Source of the DNA: a bacterium
GTDB taxonomy: Bacteria; Patescibacteriota; Microgenomatia; Woykebacterales; RBG-16-39-9b
Length of the DNA stretch: 34,963 bases
Direction: 5' to 3'
NCBI GenBank assembly: GCA_030690175.1
Contig: JAUYHE010000053.1
Coordinates: 1-34,963, forward strand
The notes under the pieces are model-generated. The model was not told the origin of the DNA, searched no databases, and was given only the letters and a program-made list of their open reading frames with translations. Position 1 is the first letter of the stretch. Every line of letters starts with the position of its first letter. Both the position numbers and the translations under genes were made by a program. Below, one piece after another: positions 11,442 through 18,306 of the stretch.

Positions 11442-12098
11442 TATAGTGACCTCCCCTTTGGCGGTAATTTTTTGCTTGCTAAGGTCTTCCAATTTTCCCC
11501 GTAAAAACTCCTCGTGGATTTTAGTAAGTTCGCGCGCGACTGCCGCGTCTCTTTTTGGGAATCTGGCAGCTAAAATTTTAAGGGTTTTTTCCAAACGAAA
11601 TGGTGATTCAAAGAAAATTATCGTAATTGGGTGAGACGCTGTAATTTGTTCAATGAAATCAAGGGTCTTGGTCATTTTACCTTCTTTTTTGGGCAGATAG
11701 CCAAGGAACAAAAAATTATCCGTCGGTAAGCCCGATGGGACCAGAGCGGCCAAAACAGCGCTTGGACCAGGTACGGGAACCACCTGAAACCCCGCCTTGA
11801 TAACCTCCCGGATCAATTTAAACCCAGGGTCAGCAAGGGCCGGTGTACCAGCATCGGAAACCAAAGCCACGTCGGCGCCGCTTTTTAAAAAAGAAATAAC
11901 TTGGCCGGTCTTTTTCTCCTCGGTATACTCGTGAAAAGAGATCAGTTGTCCTTTGATTTCGTATTTTGCCAAAAGTAGACCAGTTTTTCTGGTGTCTTCG
12001 GCGAGAATAAAACCAACTTGGTTTAGAGTTTCGAGAGCCCGCAAGGTGATATCTTTTAAATTACCGATTGGAGTAGATACAATATATAAGACGGACAT
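11430..12098 (-). CDS. rsmI: 16S rRNA (cytidine1402-2'-O)-methyltransferase
   Basis: LYIVSTPIGNLKDITLRALE..., AEDTR and SDAGTP motifs of the RsmI/tetrapyrrole-methylase fold. Confidence 0.85.
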   Translation of the reverse strand: MSVLYIVSTPIGNLKDITLRALETLNQVGFILAEDTRKTGLLLAKYEIKGQLISFHEYTEEKKTGQVISFLKSGADVALVSDAGTPALADPGFKLIREVIKAGFQVVPVPGPSAVLAALVPSGLPTDNFLFLGYLPKKEGKMTKTLDFIEQITASHPITIIFFESPFRLEKTLKILAARFPKRDAAVARELTKIHEEFLRGKLEDLSKQKITAKGEVTILLR

Positions 12099-12104
12099 GG
12101 AAAA

Positions 12105-12116
12105 TATGATATCATA
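12105..12116. promoter_or_regulatory. perfect 12-nt palindrome TATGATATCATA between divergent rsmI and dedA starts
   Basis: It reads TATGAT (-10-like) on both strands. It lies 6-7 nt from each start codon in a 23-nt intergenic gap. Confidence 0.35.
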
Positions 12117-12121
12117 ATTTT

Positions 12122-12751
12122 ATGCTTGATGGACTAATTGAACTGATTGTTTCATGGGTCGTATCTACTATTTCAAACTTAGGGTACTTAGGGATATTTA
12201 TTACCATGGCGATTGAGTCGGCCTCGATTCCACTTCCTTCAGAGATAATCATGCCTTTTTCTGGTTTTTTGGTTTCTCAAGGTAAATTTAACTTTTATTT
12301 AGTGGCTGCCGCTGGTGGTGCTGGTAATCTTTTTGGTTCGATTTTAATGTACGGCCTGGGGTATTGGGGTCAGGAAACGTTTGTCCGACGTTTTGTCCGC
12401 GGTTGGGGTAAAATTTTAATCAGCGAGCACGAACTACTTATCGGTGAGAGGTGGTTCCGCCAGTACGGTGATTTTATAGTGTTCACCTCGAGGATACTAC
12501 CAGTAGCAAGAACGTTCATTTCCTTACCAGCCGGAATAGCGAAAGTGGATTTTAAGAAATTTTGCGCCTTTACACTGGCCGGCAGCCTTGCCTGGTCAGC
12601 TTTTTTGACTTATATTGGTGTAAAACTGGGGGATAACTGGTCAATTTTAGAACCAATTTTTCGAAAGTTTGACATAGCGATCGTACTGTTGGCTATAATA
12701 ATAGCAGGCGGGTACTTATTTTTTAGATTTCGGAGATTGTCTGGATCATAA
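12122..12751 (+). CDS. DedA-family membrane protein
   Basis: ESASIPLPSEIIMPFSGFLV and SRILPVARTFISLPAG motifs. Confidence 0.85.
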   Translation: MLDGLIELIVSWVVSTISNLGYLGIFITMAIESASIPLPSEIIMPFSGFLVSQGKFNFYLVAAAGGAGNLFGSILMYGLGYWGQETFVRRFVRGWGKILISEHELLIGERWFRQYGDFIVFTSRILPVARTFISLPAGIAKVDFKKFCAFTLAGSLAWSAFLTYIGVKLGDNWSILEPIFRKFDIAIVLLAIIIAGGYLFFRFRRLSGS

Positions 12752-12766
12752 AATTAGGAGGTTACT

Positions 12767-13138
12767 TTGCAAAATAAAATATTAATTGTTGAGGACGATC
12801 AATTTGTTTCAGAACTTTACGACCATCAATTTACCAAGTACGGATTCTTTACCAAAGTAGCTAATGACGGTGAAAAAGCGCTTGAACTGGTTCGGACATA
12901 CAAATTTGACGCGGTTTTACTTGACATCATGATACCCAAGCTAGATGGTATTGAAGTGTTGAAGAAACTGAAGGCGGATTCTTCAACCAAGAACACCGTT
13001 GTCGTCATATTAAGTAACCTAGGTCAAGATGATCTGATCAAACAAGCTCTTCAGATTGGCGCTAAAGCTTACATCATCAAAAGTCTTTATACCCCCGACC
13101 AAGTGGTTTCCGAAGTGCGTTCGATAATTGGAGTCTAA
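12767..13138 (+). CDS. single-domain response regulator (receiver only)
   Basis: TTG start after AGGAGG. Has the ILIVEDD acidic pocket, phospho-Asp context LLDIMIPKLDG, and a conserved Lys. Confidence 0.85.
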   Translation: MQNKILIVEDDQFVSELYDHQFTKYGFFTKVANDGEKALELVRTYKFDAVLLDIMIPKLDGIEVLKKLKADSSTKNTVVVILSNLGQDDLIKQALQIGAKAYIIKSLYTPDQVVSEVRSIIGV

Positions 13139-13144
13139 ATCTAA

Positions 13145-14410
13145 ATGAAAAAAATTAAGAAGCTTCTTTCTTATCTGGGTCCCGGATTTATAACTGGTGC
13201 CAGTGATGATGATCCTTCTGGTATAGCAACCTATTCTCAGACCGGGGCGGTGTTTGGTTATTCCCAGGCCTGGACTTCTCTTTTCTCCTACCCTTTTATG
13301 AGTGCTGTGCAGGAAATGTGTGGCCGGATTGGGATGGTTACCGGTAAGGGTTTATCTGGAGTTATCAGACATCATTACTCTGCGTCCGTACTTTACTTCG
13401 CTGTTTTACTCTTGGTAATTGCTAATACGGTAAACATCGGTACCGATCTTGGGGCGATGGCTGCCTCTGGTCAACTGTTGTTTAGTATACCATTTATAGT
13501 GTGGTTACTGGGAGTTACGGCGATAACACTGCTGTTGGAGGTCTTTGTCTCTTATAAGGTCTACTCCAAGTATCTTAAATTCTTGACGTTCTCCCTTTTT
13601 GCTTATGTGATTACAGTGTTTGTAGTTCAGCAAGATTGGGGTAAAATTTTAGTGTCGACTATTTTCCCGAGTTTTTCTTTAAGTAAAGACTACTTGATGA
13701 ATGTTGTCGCTATTTTAGGCACCACAATATCTCCCTATCTTTTTTTCTGGCAAGCTGGTGAAGAAGTGGAGGAAGAAGTGGCTCAGTCCAAGTTGCGAGT
13801 TATGGGTCGGGGAGTACCAAAAATTACGAACAGAGACATCAGAGGAATGAGAGTAGATACTTTGGTGGGAATGTTTTTTTCGAATCTGGTAATGTTTTTT
13901 ATAATCGTCACAACAGCCTCAACACTGCACACCTACGGTATTCAAAATATTGAGACGGCGCCCCAAGCCGCCGAAGCCTTGCGTCCCCTGGCAGGTAACC
14001 TGGCTTATCTTTTGTTTGCGGCTGGAATTATTGGGACTGGTCTGCTGGCGGTTCCAGTTCTTGCTGGTTCAGCCTCTTACGCCTTATCGGAGGCGTTTGG
14101 TTGGAGAGAGGGTTTGTACCGACGGTTTACCCAAGCTCATGGTTTCTACGGTATAATCGCCATCGCTACTTTGTTTGGTCTAATGATCAATTTTACCCCA
14201 ATTCCGCCTTTCAAAATGCTCTACTACACCGCCATACTAAACGGGATTTGTGCGCCACCATTAATGATTTTAATAATGCGTATCTCTAACAATCAGAAAA
14301 TAATGGGTAATAATGTTAACACTCGTCTTTCAAATGTTTTGGGATGGACAATAACAGCTGTTATGGGTATTTCGGCGGTGGCGTTGCTGGTGAGTCTAGT
14401 AACCGGTTAG
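13145..14410 (+). CDS. NRAMP-family divalent metal transporter
   Basis: N-terminal GPGFITGASDDDPSGIATYSQTG and an 11-TM-like profile. Confidence 0.8.
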   Translation: MKKIKKLLSYLGPGFITGASDDDPSGIATYSQTGAVFGYSQAWTSLFSYPFMSAVQEMCGRIGMVTGKGLSGVIRHHYSASVLYFAVLLLVIANTVNIGTDLGAMAASGQLLFSIPFIVWLLGVTAITLLLEVFVSYKVYSKYLKFLTFSLFAYVITVFVVQQDWGKILVSTIFPSFSLSKDYLMNVVAILGTTISPYLFFWQAGEEVEEEVAQSKLRVMGRGVPKITNRDIRGMRVDTLVGMFFSNLVMFFIIVTTASTLHTYGIQNIETAPQAAEALRPLAGNLAYLLFAAGIIGTGLLAVPVLAGSASYALSEAFGWREGLYRRFTQAHGFYGIIAIATLFGLMINFTPIPPFKMLYYTAILNGICAPPLMILIMRISNNQKIMGNNVNTRLSNVLGWTITAVMGISAVALLVSLVTG

Positions 14411-15024
14411 TGGTATCTTCTGATTACGCCCACAACCCGACCCTGAATCGTCGCGTTTTTTGTAATAATCGGATTCATTGAGGAATTGGCGGGCTCAAGT
14501 CGAATGTGGTCGATTTCTTTATAAAACCGCTTGAGAGTGGCAAAATTTTCGTTTATAAGGGCAACCACAATCTCGCCATTATTAGCCTGATTTGTTTCCT
14601 CACAGATTACGTAGTCGCCATCTAAAATTGAGGCCTCGATCATACTGTTTCCGCGCACTTGCAGAGCAAAACACCTTTTTTTACCTACGAGATCTGGAGG
14701 TACATTGACCGCAGCCGTGTGATCATTTATTGCTTCAATCGGCTCACCGGCGGCGATTAGACCCACTAAAGGAATTTCAACCACGCTTTGTACCCAACCC
14801 ATCACTTTTTGATCGACGATTTCTAAGCCGCGACGGACACCCTCGCTTTTTTTCAATACCCCTTTATCGATGAGATTTTGGATGTGCTCGTGGACAGTGG
14901 CTGGAGATCGCAAACCAAGGCCATCGCAGATTTCCGCTAAAGTAGGAGCAAAGCCTTTTTTTTGCATAAATTGGGAAACAAATTCCAGAAGATCGCGTTC
15001 TCGTTTGTAGATTACTGCTGGCAT
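14407..15024 (-). CDS. lexA: LexA repressor
   Basis: wHTH N-domain (PTLAEICDGLGLRSPATVHEHI), cleavage region, S24 peptidase GNSM Ser and a downstream Lys (TLKRF). Confidence 0.9.
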   Translation of the reverse strand: MPAVIYKRERDLLEFVSQFMQKKGFAPTLAEICDGLGLRSPATVHEHIQNLIDKGVLKKSEGVRRGLEIVDQKVMGWVQSVVEIPLVGLIAAGEPIEAINDHTAAVNVPPDLVGKKRCFALQVRGNSMIEASILDGDYVICEETNQANNGEIVVALINENFATLKRFYKEIDHIRLEPANSSMNPIITKNATIQGRVVGVIRRYH

Positions 15025-15142
15025 AAAACCTCGCTTCGCTTGGAATTAAGAGTTAAGAATTCAAAATTAATAATTAAAACTCTTTCTGAACTCTGCCTTC
15101 TGAATTATGAACTCATTAAACCTTCGTGTTTTTTCTGGTTAA

Positions 15143-15172
15143 ATTATCGTACAATTTTCGGCCGTTTGTCAA
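15143..15172 (-). promoter_or_regulatory. candidate lexA promoter TTGACA-18-GATAAT
   Basis: The minus strand reads TTGACA (15172-15167) and GATAAT (15148-15143). This implies a leader of about 110 nt ending in a GAGG SD. Confidence 0.45.
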
Positions 15173-15182
15173 CTGGATAAAA

Positions 15183-15353
15183 GTGTATCAATTCTTTTCG
15201 GACCCCGAGGCTATTCGAATAGCACCAGGTGCCGAACTCACCGTTCGTAACCAGGACACAGGAGACTTCATAGTGGTGCACGGAAGTCCGACGGGAAGAG
15301 TGGAGGTTGTAGACTCTAGCTTTTCGGACCCGGATTACGGCGACAAGCGTTGA
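15183..15353 (+). CDS. possible 56-aa small protein (GTG start) inside GC-rich island 1; alternatively non-coding
   Basis: It is the only ORF in the island (track ORF 15126-15353). Hydrophilic, with no clear SD and no recognised family. Its two FSDP motifs coincide with the 12-nt direct repeat. Confidence 0.25.
   Translation: MYQFFSDPEAIRIAPGAELTVRNQDTGDFIVVHGSPTGRVEVVDSSFSDPDYGDKR
15194..15331 (+). repeat. two perfect copies of CTTTTCGGACCC (15194-15205 and 15320-15331)
   Basis: Direct repeat read from the sequence. Both copies are complementary to GTCCGA at 15286-15291. Confidence 0.8.
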
Positions 15354-15386
15354 GGTTCACACACTCCTGGTAAGACTGACGCATTG

Positions 15387-15450
15387 ACCGCAGCAAGAAA
15401 AGTGTGACTGCAAGTTACACGGTCCTGGCTGCGGTTTTCATTTTCAGTTT
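15387..15450 (+). terminator. intrinsic-terminator-like long hairpin plus U-tract upstream of uvrB
   Basis: ACCGCAGC (15387-94) pairs with GCTGCGGT (15428-35). The inner stem is GTGTGAC/GTTACAC (15402-08/15414-20, with one G-U that works only on the plus strand). It is followed by TTTTCATTTTCAGTTTT. Confidence 0.6.
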
Positions 15451-15485
15451 TAAATCCTACCTTCTTGAGTTAAAATATAAAACCT

Positions 15486-17513
15486 ATGGACAAATTTGAC
15501 TTAAAAGCACCATGGCCGCCGACCGGTGACCAACCACAGGCTATTTCTAGCCTTTCAGAAGGTCTGAAAAAGGGCTTTCGGTACCAAACCCTGCTTGGTG
15601 CTACTGGAAGTGGTAAGACTTTCACTATGGCTAGTATAGTGGCGGATTTAAATCGTCCTACTCTGGTTATCGCCCACAACAAGACCCTCGCAGCTCAACT
15701 GGCAGCCGAGTTTCGCGAGTTTTTTCCAAACAACGCGGTGGAGTACTTCGTCTCTTACTATGATTATTATCAACCCGAGGCTTACGTACCTCAGATAGAT
15801 CTTTATATCGAAAAAGATGCTGCCATCAATGAAGAAATAGACCGACTTCGTTTAGCGGCGACTAAAGCTCTTCTTACTCGTAAGGATGTTTTGATTGTAG
15901 CCAGCGTTTCTTGTATCTACAACATTGGTTCGCCCGATGCCTATAAGCAAAGTACTTTGACATTATTCAAAGGTCAAAACTTACCTCTAGCAAAGGTCAA
16001 GGAGTCTCTTGTGCATTTGCAGTATGAGCGGAGCGATATAGATCTAAGGAGATCGACGTTTCGGGTGAAAGGAGACGCTCTAGAACTTTATCCAGCTTAC
16101 GAAGAATTCGCCGTTAGAGTTTCTTATTTTGGAGATAAAATTGAAAAAATTACTAAAGTGAACTCAACAAGTTTTGAAGAAATTGAAGAATTGAATGAAC
16201 TGATGGTTTTTCCAGCCAGGCATTACAACGTTCCTATAGACCTTTCTTACGACCCGCTTGAGCAAATCAAAGATGAATTTGCGGACTGGAGTAAAAAACT
16301 TAAGAAACAAAAAAAGATAATTGAGTTGCAGCGCCTTACCAATCGGGTCAAGTATGATCTGGAGATGCTACGCGAAATCGGCTTTGTGAAAGGAATTGAA
16401 AATTACTCGCGCTTTTTTGACGGCAGAAAGCCTGGGGAACCACCGTTCACGTTGTTGGATTACTTTCCTAAAGATTTCATTACTTTTATCGACGAATCTC
16501 ATATGAGCCTTCCCCAAATTCGCGGAATGTGGCACGGTGAGAAAAAGCGCAAAGAGTTACTTATTGAGAATGGTTTTCGCCTGCCAAGTGCTATGGACAA
16601 CAGACCGCTTACCTACGAAGAATTTATGAGGACAGTGGGTCAAATGGTGTTTGTTTCGGCCACACCCAATGACTATGAGTTGTCCCTGTCAAACCAAGTT
16701 GCCGAGCAAATAATCCGACCGACCGGTATTGTTGATCCGCAGGTTGAAATACGAAAAACAGCCAGCCAAATCCCAGATCTGATAAACGAGATTCAAAAAC
16801 GTGTCGAAAAAAGACAGAGAGTCTTGGTTACGACTCTTACGAAGCGGATGGCCGAAGACCTGACCGATTATCTTCTTGAAAAAGAAATTAAAGTCATGTA
16901 TATACACCACGAAGTCGATACCTTGGAAAGGGTAGATATTTTACGAGATCTAAGGTTGGGAAAATACGATTGCTTAGTTGGTATCAACTTGCTCCGCGAG
17001 GGCCTTGATCTGCCGGAAGTTTCTCTAGTTGCTATTCTCGATGCCGATAAAGAAGGCTTTTTGCGTAGTAAGACAGCTCTTATTCAGACTATCGGTCGAG
17101 CGGCCCGCCATATCGACGGGAAAGTAATAATGTACGCCGATGAGGTTACCGGCTCTATGAAAATAGCGCTTGATGAGACCAATCGGCGGCGGGAAATTCA
17201 AATAGAATACAACAAAAAACACAACATTACTCCGGAAACAGTCCAAAAAACCATCCGTGACATCGGGGAAAGGTTAAAGCAACTTCAACCAGAGGCAGAA
17301 GTGGCCCAAGAGCTTGATTTATCAAAAGTTCCGAAAGATGAATTGAAAGGTTTGATTCGTGATTTGACCAGCGAGATGACGGACGCCGCCAAAAACCTGG
17401 ATTTTGAACGGGCCGCAATTTTGCGGGATCAATTATTGGTAATTAAGAAGCAACAACTGGAAGTCCCGAAAACAATTACCCCACAAGAAGCCAAAAAGAC
17501 GAAATTTCCCTAG
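15486..17513 (+). CDS. uvrB: excinuclease ABC subunit B
   Basis: GATGSGKT Walker A, DESH box, helicase motifs and a C-terminal UVR domain (LDFERAAILRDQL). Confidence 0.97.
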   Translation: MDKFDLKAPWPPTGDQPQAISSLSEGLKKGFRYQTLLGATGSGKTFTMASIVADLNRPTLVIAHNKTLAAQLAAEFREFFPNNAVEYFVSYYDYYQPEAYVPQIDLYIEKDAAINEEIDRLRLAATKALLTRKDVLIVASVSCIYNIGSPDAYKQSTLTLFKGQNLPLAKVKESLVHLQYERSDIDLRRSTFRVKGDALELYPAYEEFAVRVSYFGDKIEKITKVNSTSFEEIEELNELMVFPARHYNVPIDLSYDPLEQIKDEFADWSKKLKKQKKIIELQRLTNRVKYDLEMLREIGFVKGIENYSRFFDGRKPGEPPFTLLDYFPKDFITFIDESHMSLPQIRGMWHGEKKRKELLIENGFRLPSAMDNRPLTYEEFMRTVGQMVFVSATPNDYELSLSNQVAEQIIRPTGIVDPQVEIRKTASQIPDLINEIQKRVEKRQRVLVTTLTKRMAEDLTDYLLEKEIKVMYIHHEVDTLERVDILRDLRLGKYDCLVGINLLREGLDLPEVSLVAILDADKEGFLRSKTALIQTIGRAARHIDGKVIMYADEVTGSMKIALDETNRRREIQIEYNKKHNITPETVQKTIRDIGERLKQLQPEAEVAQELDLSKVPKDELKGLIRDLTSEMTDAAKNLDFERAAILRDQLLVIKKQQLEVPKTITPQEAKKTKFP

Positions 17514-17552
17514 AGAAAAGATGAAGCTCTCATGCGGGTACGACATGAGAGC
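17511..17552 (-). terminator. minus-strand intrinsic terminator of the large ncRNA
   Basis: Perfect 9-bp stem GCTCTCATG/CATGAGAGC (17526-34/17544-52). On the minus strand it is followed by TTCATCTTTTCTCT. There is no T-tract on the plus strand. Confidence 0.6.
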
Positions 17553-18089
17553 CCAAGGAACGGAATGGTACGGAACGGAACCAGAACGGCAAGGCACTGG
17601 AACGTAGCCGGACCTTATACTTCACCCTCACCCGCTTCCGCTATGGTACCCAAAAGCGGTGGGATTGAAGCCGATTTGAGGCGGAGAGAAGTAGCTCGGT
17701 GATCTCTGGCAAAGGCCGACCCAGCAACTCCCCGCCGATGGTGTCACGCTGGGGTTCAGCAATTCAGCGTGTTCGCACCCAAAGTCAGTGAGGGGTAGCC
17801 CGAGAACGGTAGGCAAATGCAGTGCATCTGTGGACCTCCTTTCGGAAGTTACCACTACCCTCAGTTGTTTATCCGGTCCCAAGACTCAGGCTTCGCCGGA
17901 AGTATGAGCAGGTAGCCATCGTGCATCTCTCTCTATGGCTCCGGCGCTCTTTGGGCCCTGGGACCGCGAAAAGGTTCCGCCCGAACGGCAGGGGCCGAAG
18001 CAATGGGTTACGTAGCCCAGGGAGGGGGTAACGTCACCCGTGCAGACGGCTTCATGCCTTGGGGCGGATCTGTAATAGACACAAAGTGC
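17515..18089 (-). ncRNA. unclassified large (about 575 nt) GC-rich structured RNA candidate
   Basis: Bounded by the TTGACA-17-TATAAA promoter and the terminator above. Contains only short overlapping low-complexity ORFs. Has multiple helices with GNRA/UUCG-type loops and G-U pairs that work only on the minus strand. Confidence 0.5.
17557..17603 (-). repeat. cluster of GGAAC-type pentamers (GUUCC on the minus-strand RNA)
   Basis: On the plus strand: GGAAC at 17557, 17572, 17577 and 17599, plus GGAAT at 17562 and AGAAC at 17583. All lie within 47 nt. Confidence 0.7.
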
Positions 18090-18095
18090 AGGCTA

Positions 18096-18124
18096 TTTAT
18101 AACTCAAAATTTCCGGAATGTCAA
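18096..18124 (-). promoter_or_regulatory. near-consensus sigma70-type promoter TTGACA-17-TATAAA
   Basis: Minus strand -35 at 18124-18119 and -10 at 18101-18096, with an exact 17-nt spacer. It sits in a short AT-rich patch inside the GC-rich island. Confidence 0.5.
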
Positions 18125-18306
18125 CTTAAACGAATTGGAAACAATGAAAGGAGCCGACCCCAGGAGTCCATCAGCCGCTGTAGTAGCGCTGATCATCCAG
18201 GACTTCTGGAGCCGGTAGTGATAGTTTGGAGAGTCAGGCCCAGACACCCTTTTCGGGGGTCCTTTTGAAGGTACCGCCTAGCCTGGACCTGACTCACGCG
18301 ATTGGG
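18125..18306 (-). other. GC-rich structured spacer / 3' UTR downstream of the wHTH gene
   Basis: A roughly 14-bp interrupted hairpin spans 18165-18204. An 8+4-bp stem (18231-43/18283-95) encloses a hairpin at 18244-18260. Confidence 0.3.

Noticed and set aside
15126-15182. Upstream part of track ORF 15126-15353 (GTG at 15126)
   Set aside because: This portion overlaps the predicted lexA promoter and the AT-rich spacer, and encodes a hydrophobic low-complexity stretch. If the ORF is real, the GTG at 15183 at the edge of the GC-rich island is the more plausible start.
15233-15247. CGAAC-N5-GTTCG as a bona fide LexA (Cheo) box
   Set aside because: The canonical box has a 4-nt spacer. One extra nucleotide changes the half-site phasing, and the site lies inside the structured island rather than over a promoter. 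I keep it only as a low-priority candidate in the findings.
15283-15340. GGAAGUCCG ... CCCGGAUUACGG in island 1 as a miniature RNase P P4 helix
   Set aside because: The two strings resemble the two P4 strands, but they are only about 40 nt apart. That leaves no room for the specificity domain and the other conserved regions, so this is more simply a local hairpin or alternative-pairing element.
17628-18268. ORFs of 69-84 aa inside the GC-rich island (17628-17882 minus; 17822-18031, 18003-18218 and 18059-18268 plus)
   Set aside because: They overlap one another on both strands and are Arg/Pro/Gly/Ser-rich low-complexity sequences. They lack SD sites and are of a length expected by chance in GC-rich DNA. 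I treat the region as non-coding, though a decayed gene cannot be excluded without homology searches.
17515-18306. Possibility that the large GC-rich RNA is RNase P RNA, tmRNA, SRP RNA or an ORF-less group II intron
   Set aside because: RNase P: AAGGUCCGGCUAC (minus) and CCGCCGAUGG (plus) faintly resemble P4/J-region strings. But they are on opposite strands and in the wrong order and position, and no GGAAAGUCCGGGC core is present.

tmRNA: there is no tRNA-like acceptor/T-arm or CCA-proximal end, and no tag ORF ending in (A)LAA.

SRP: there is no domain IV GGAA/AGCA motif.

Group II intron: there is no GUGYG 5' end or domain V hairpin with an AGC triad.

All checks were by eye only.
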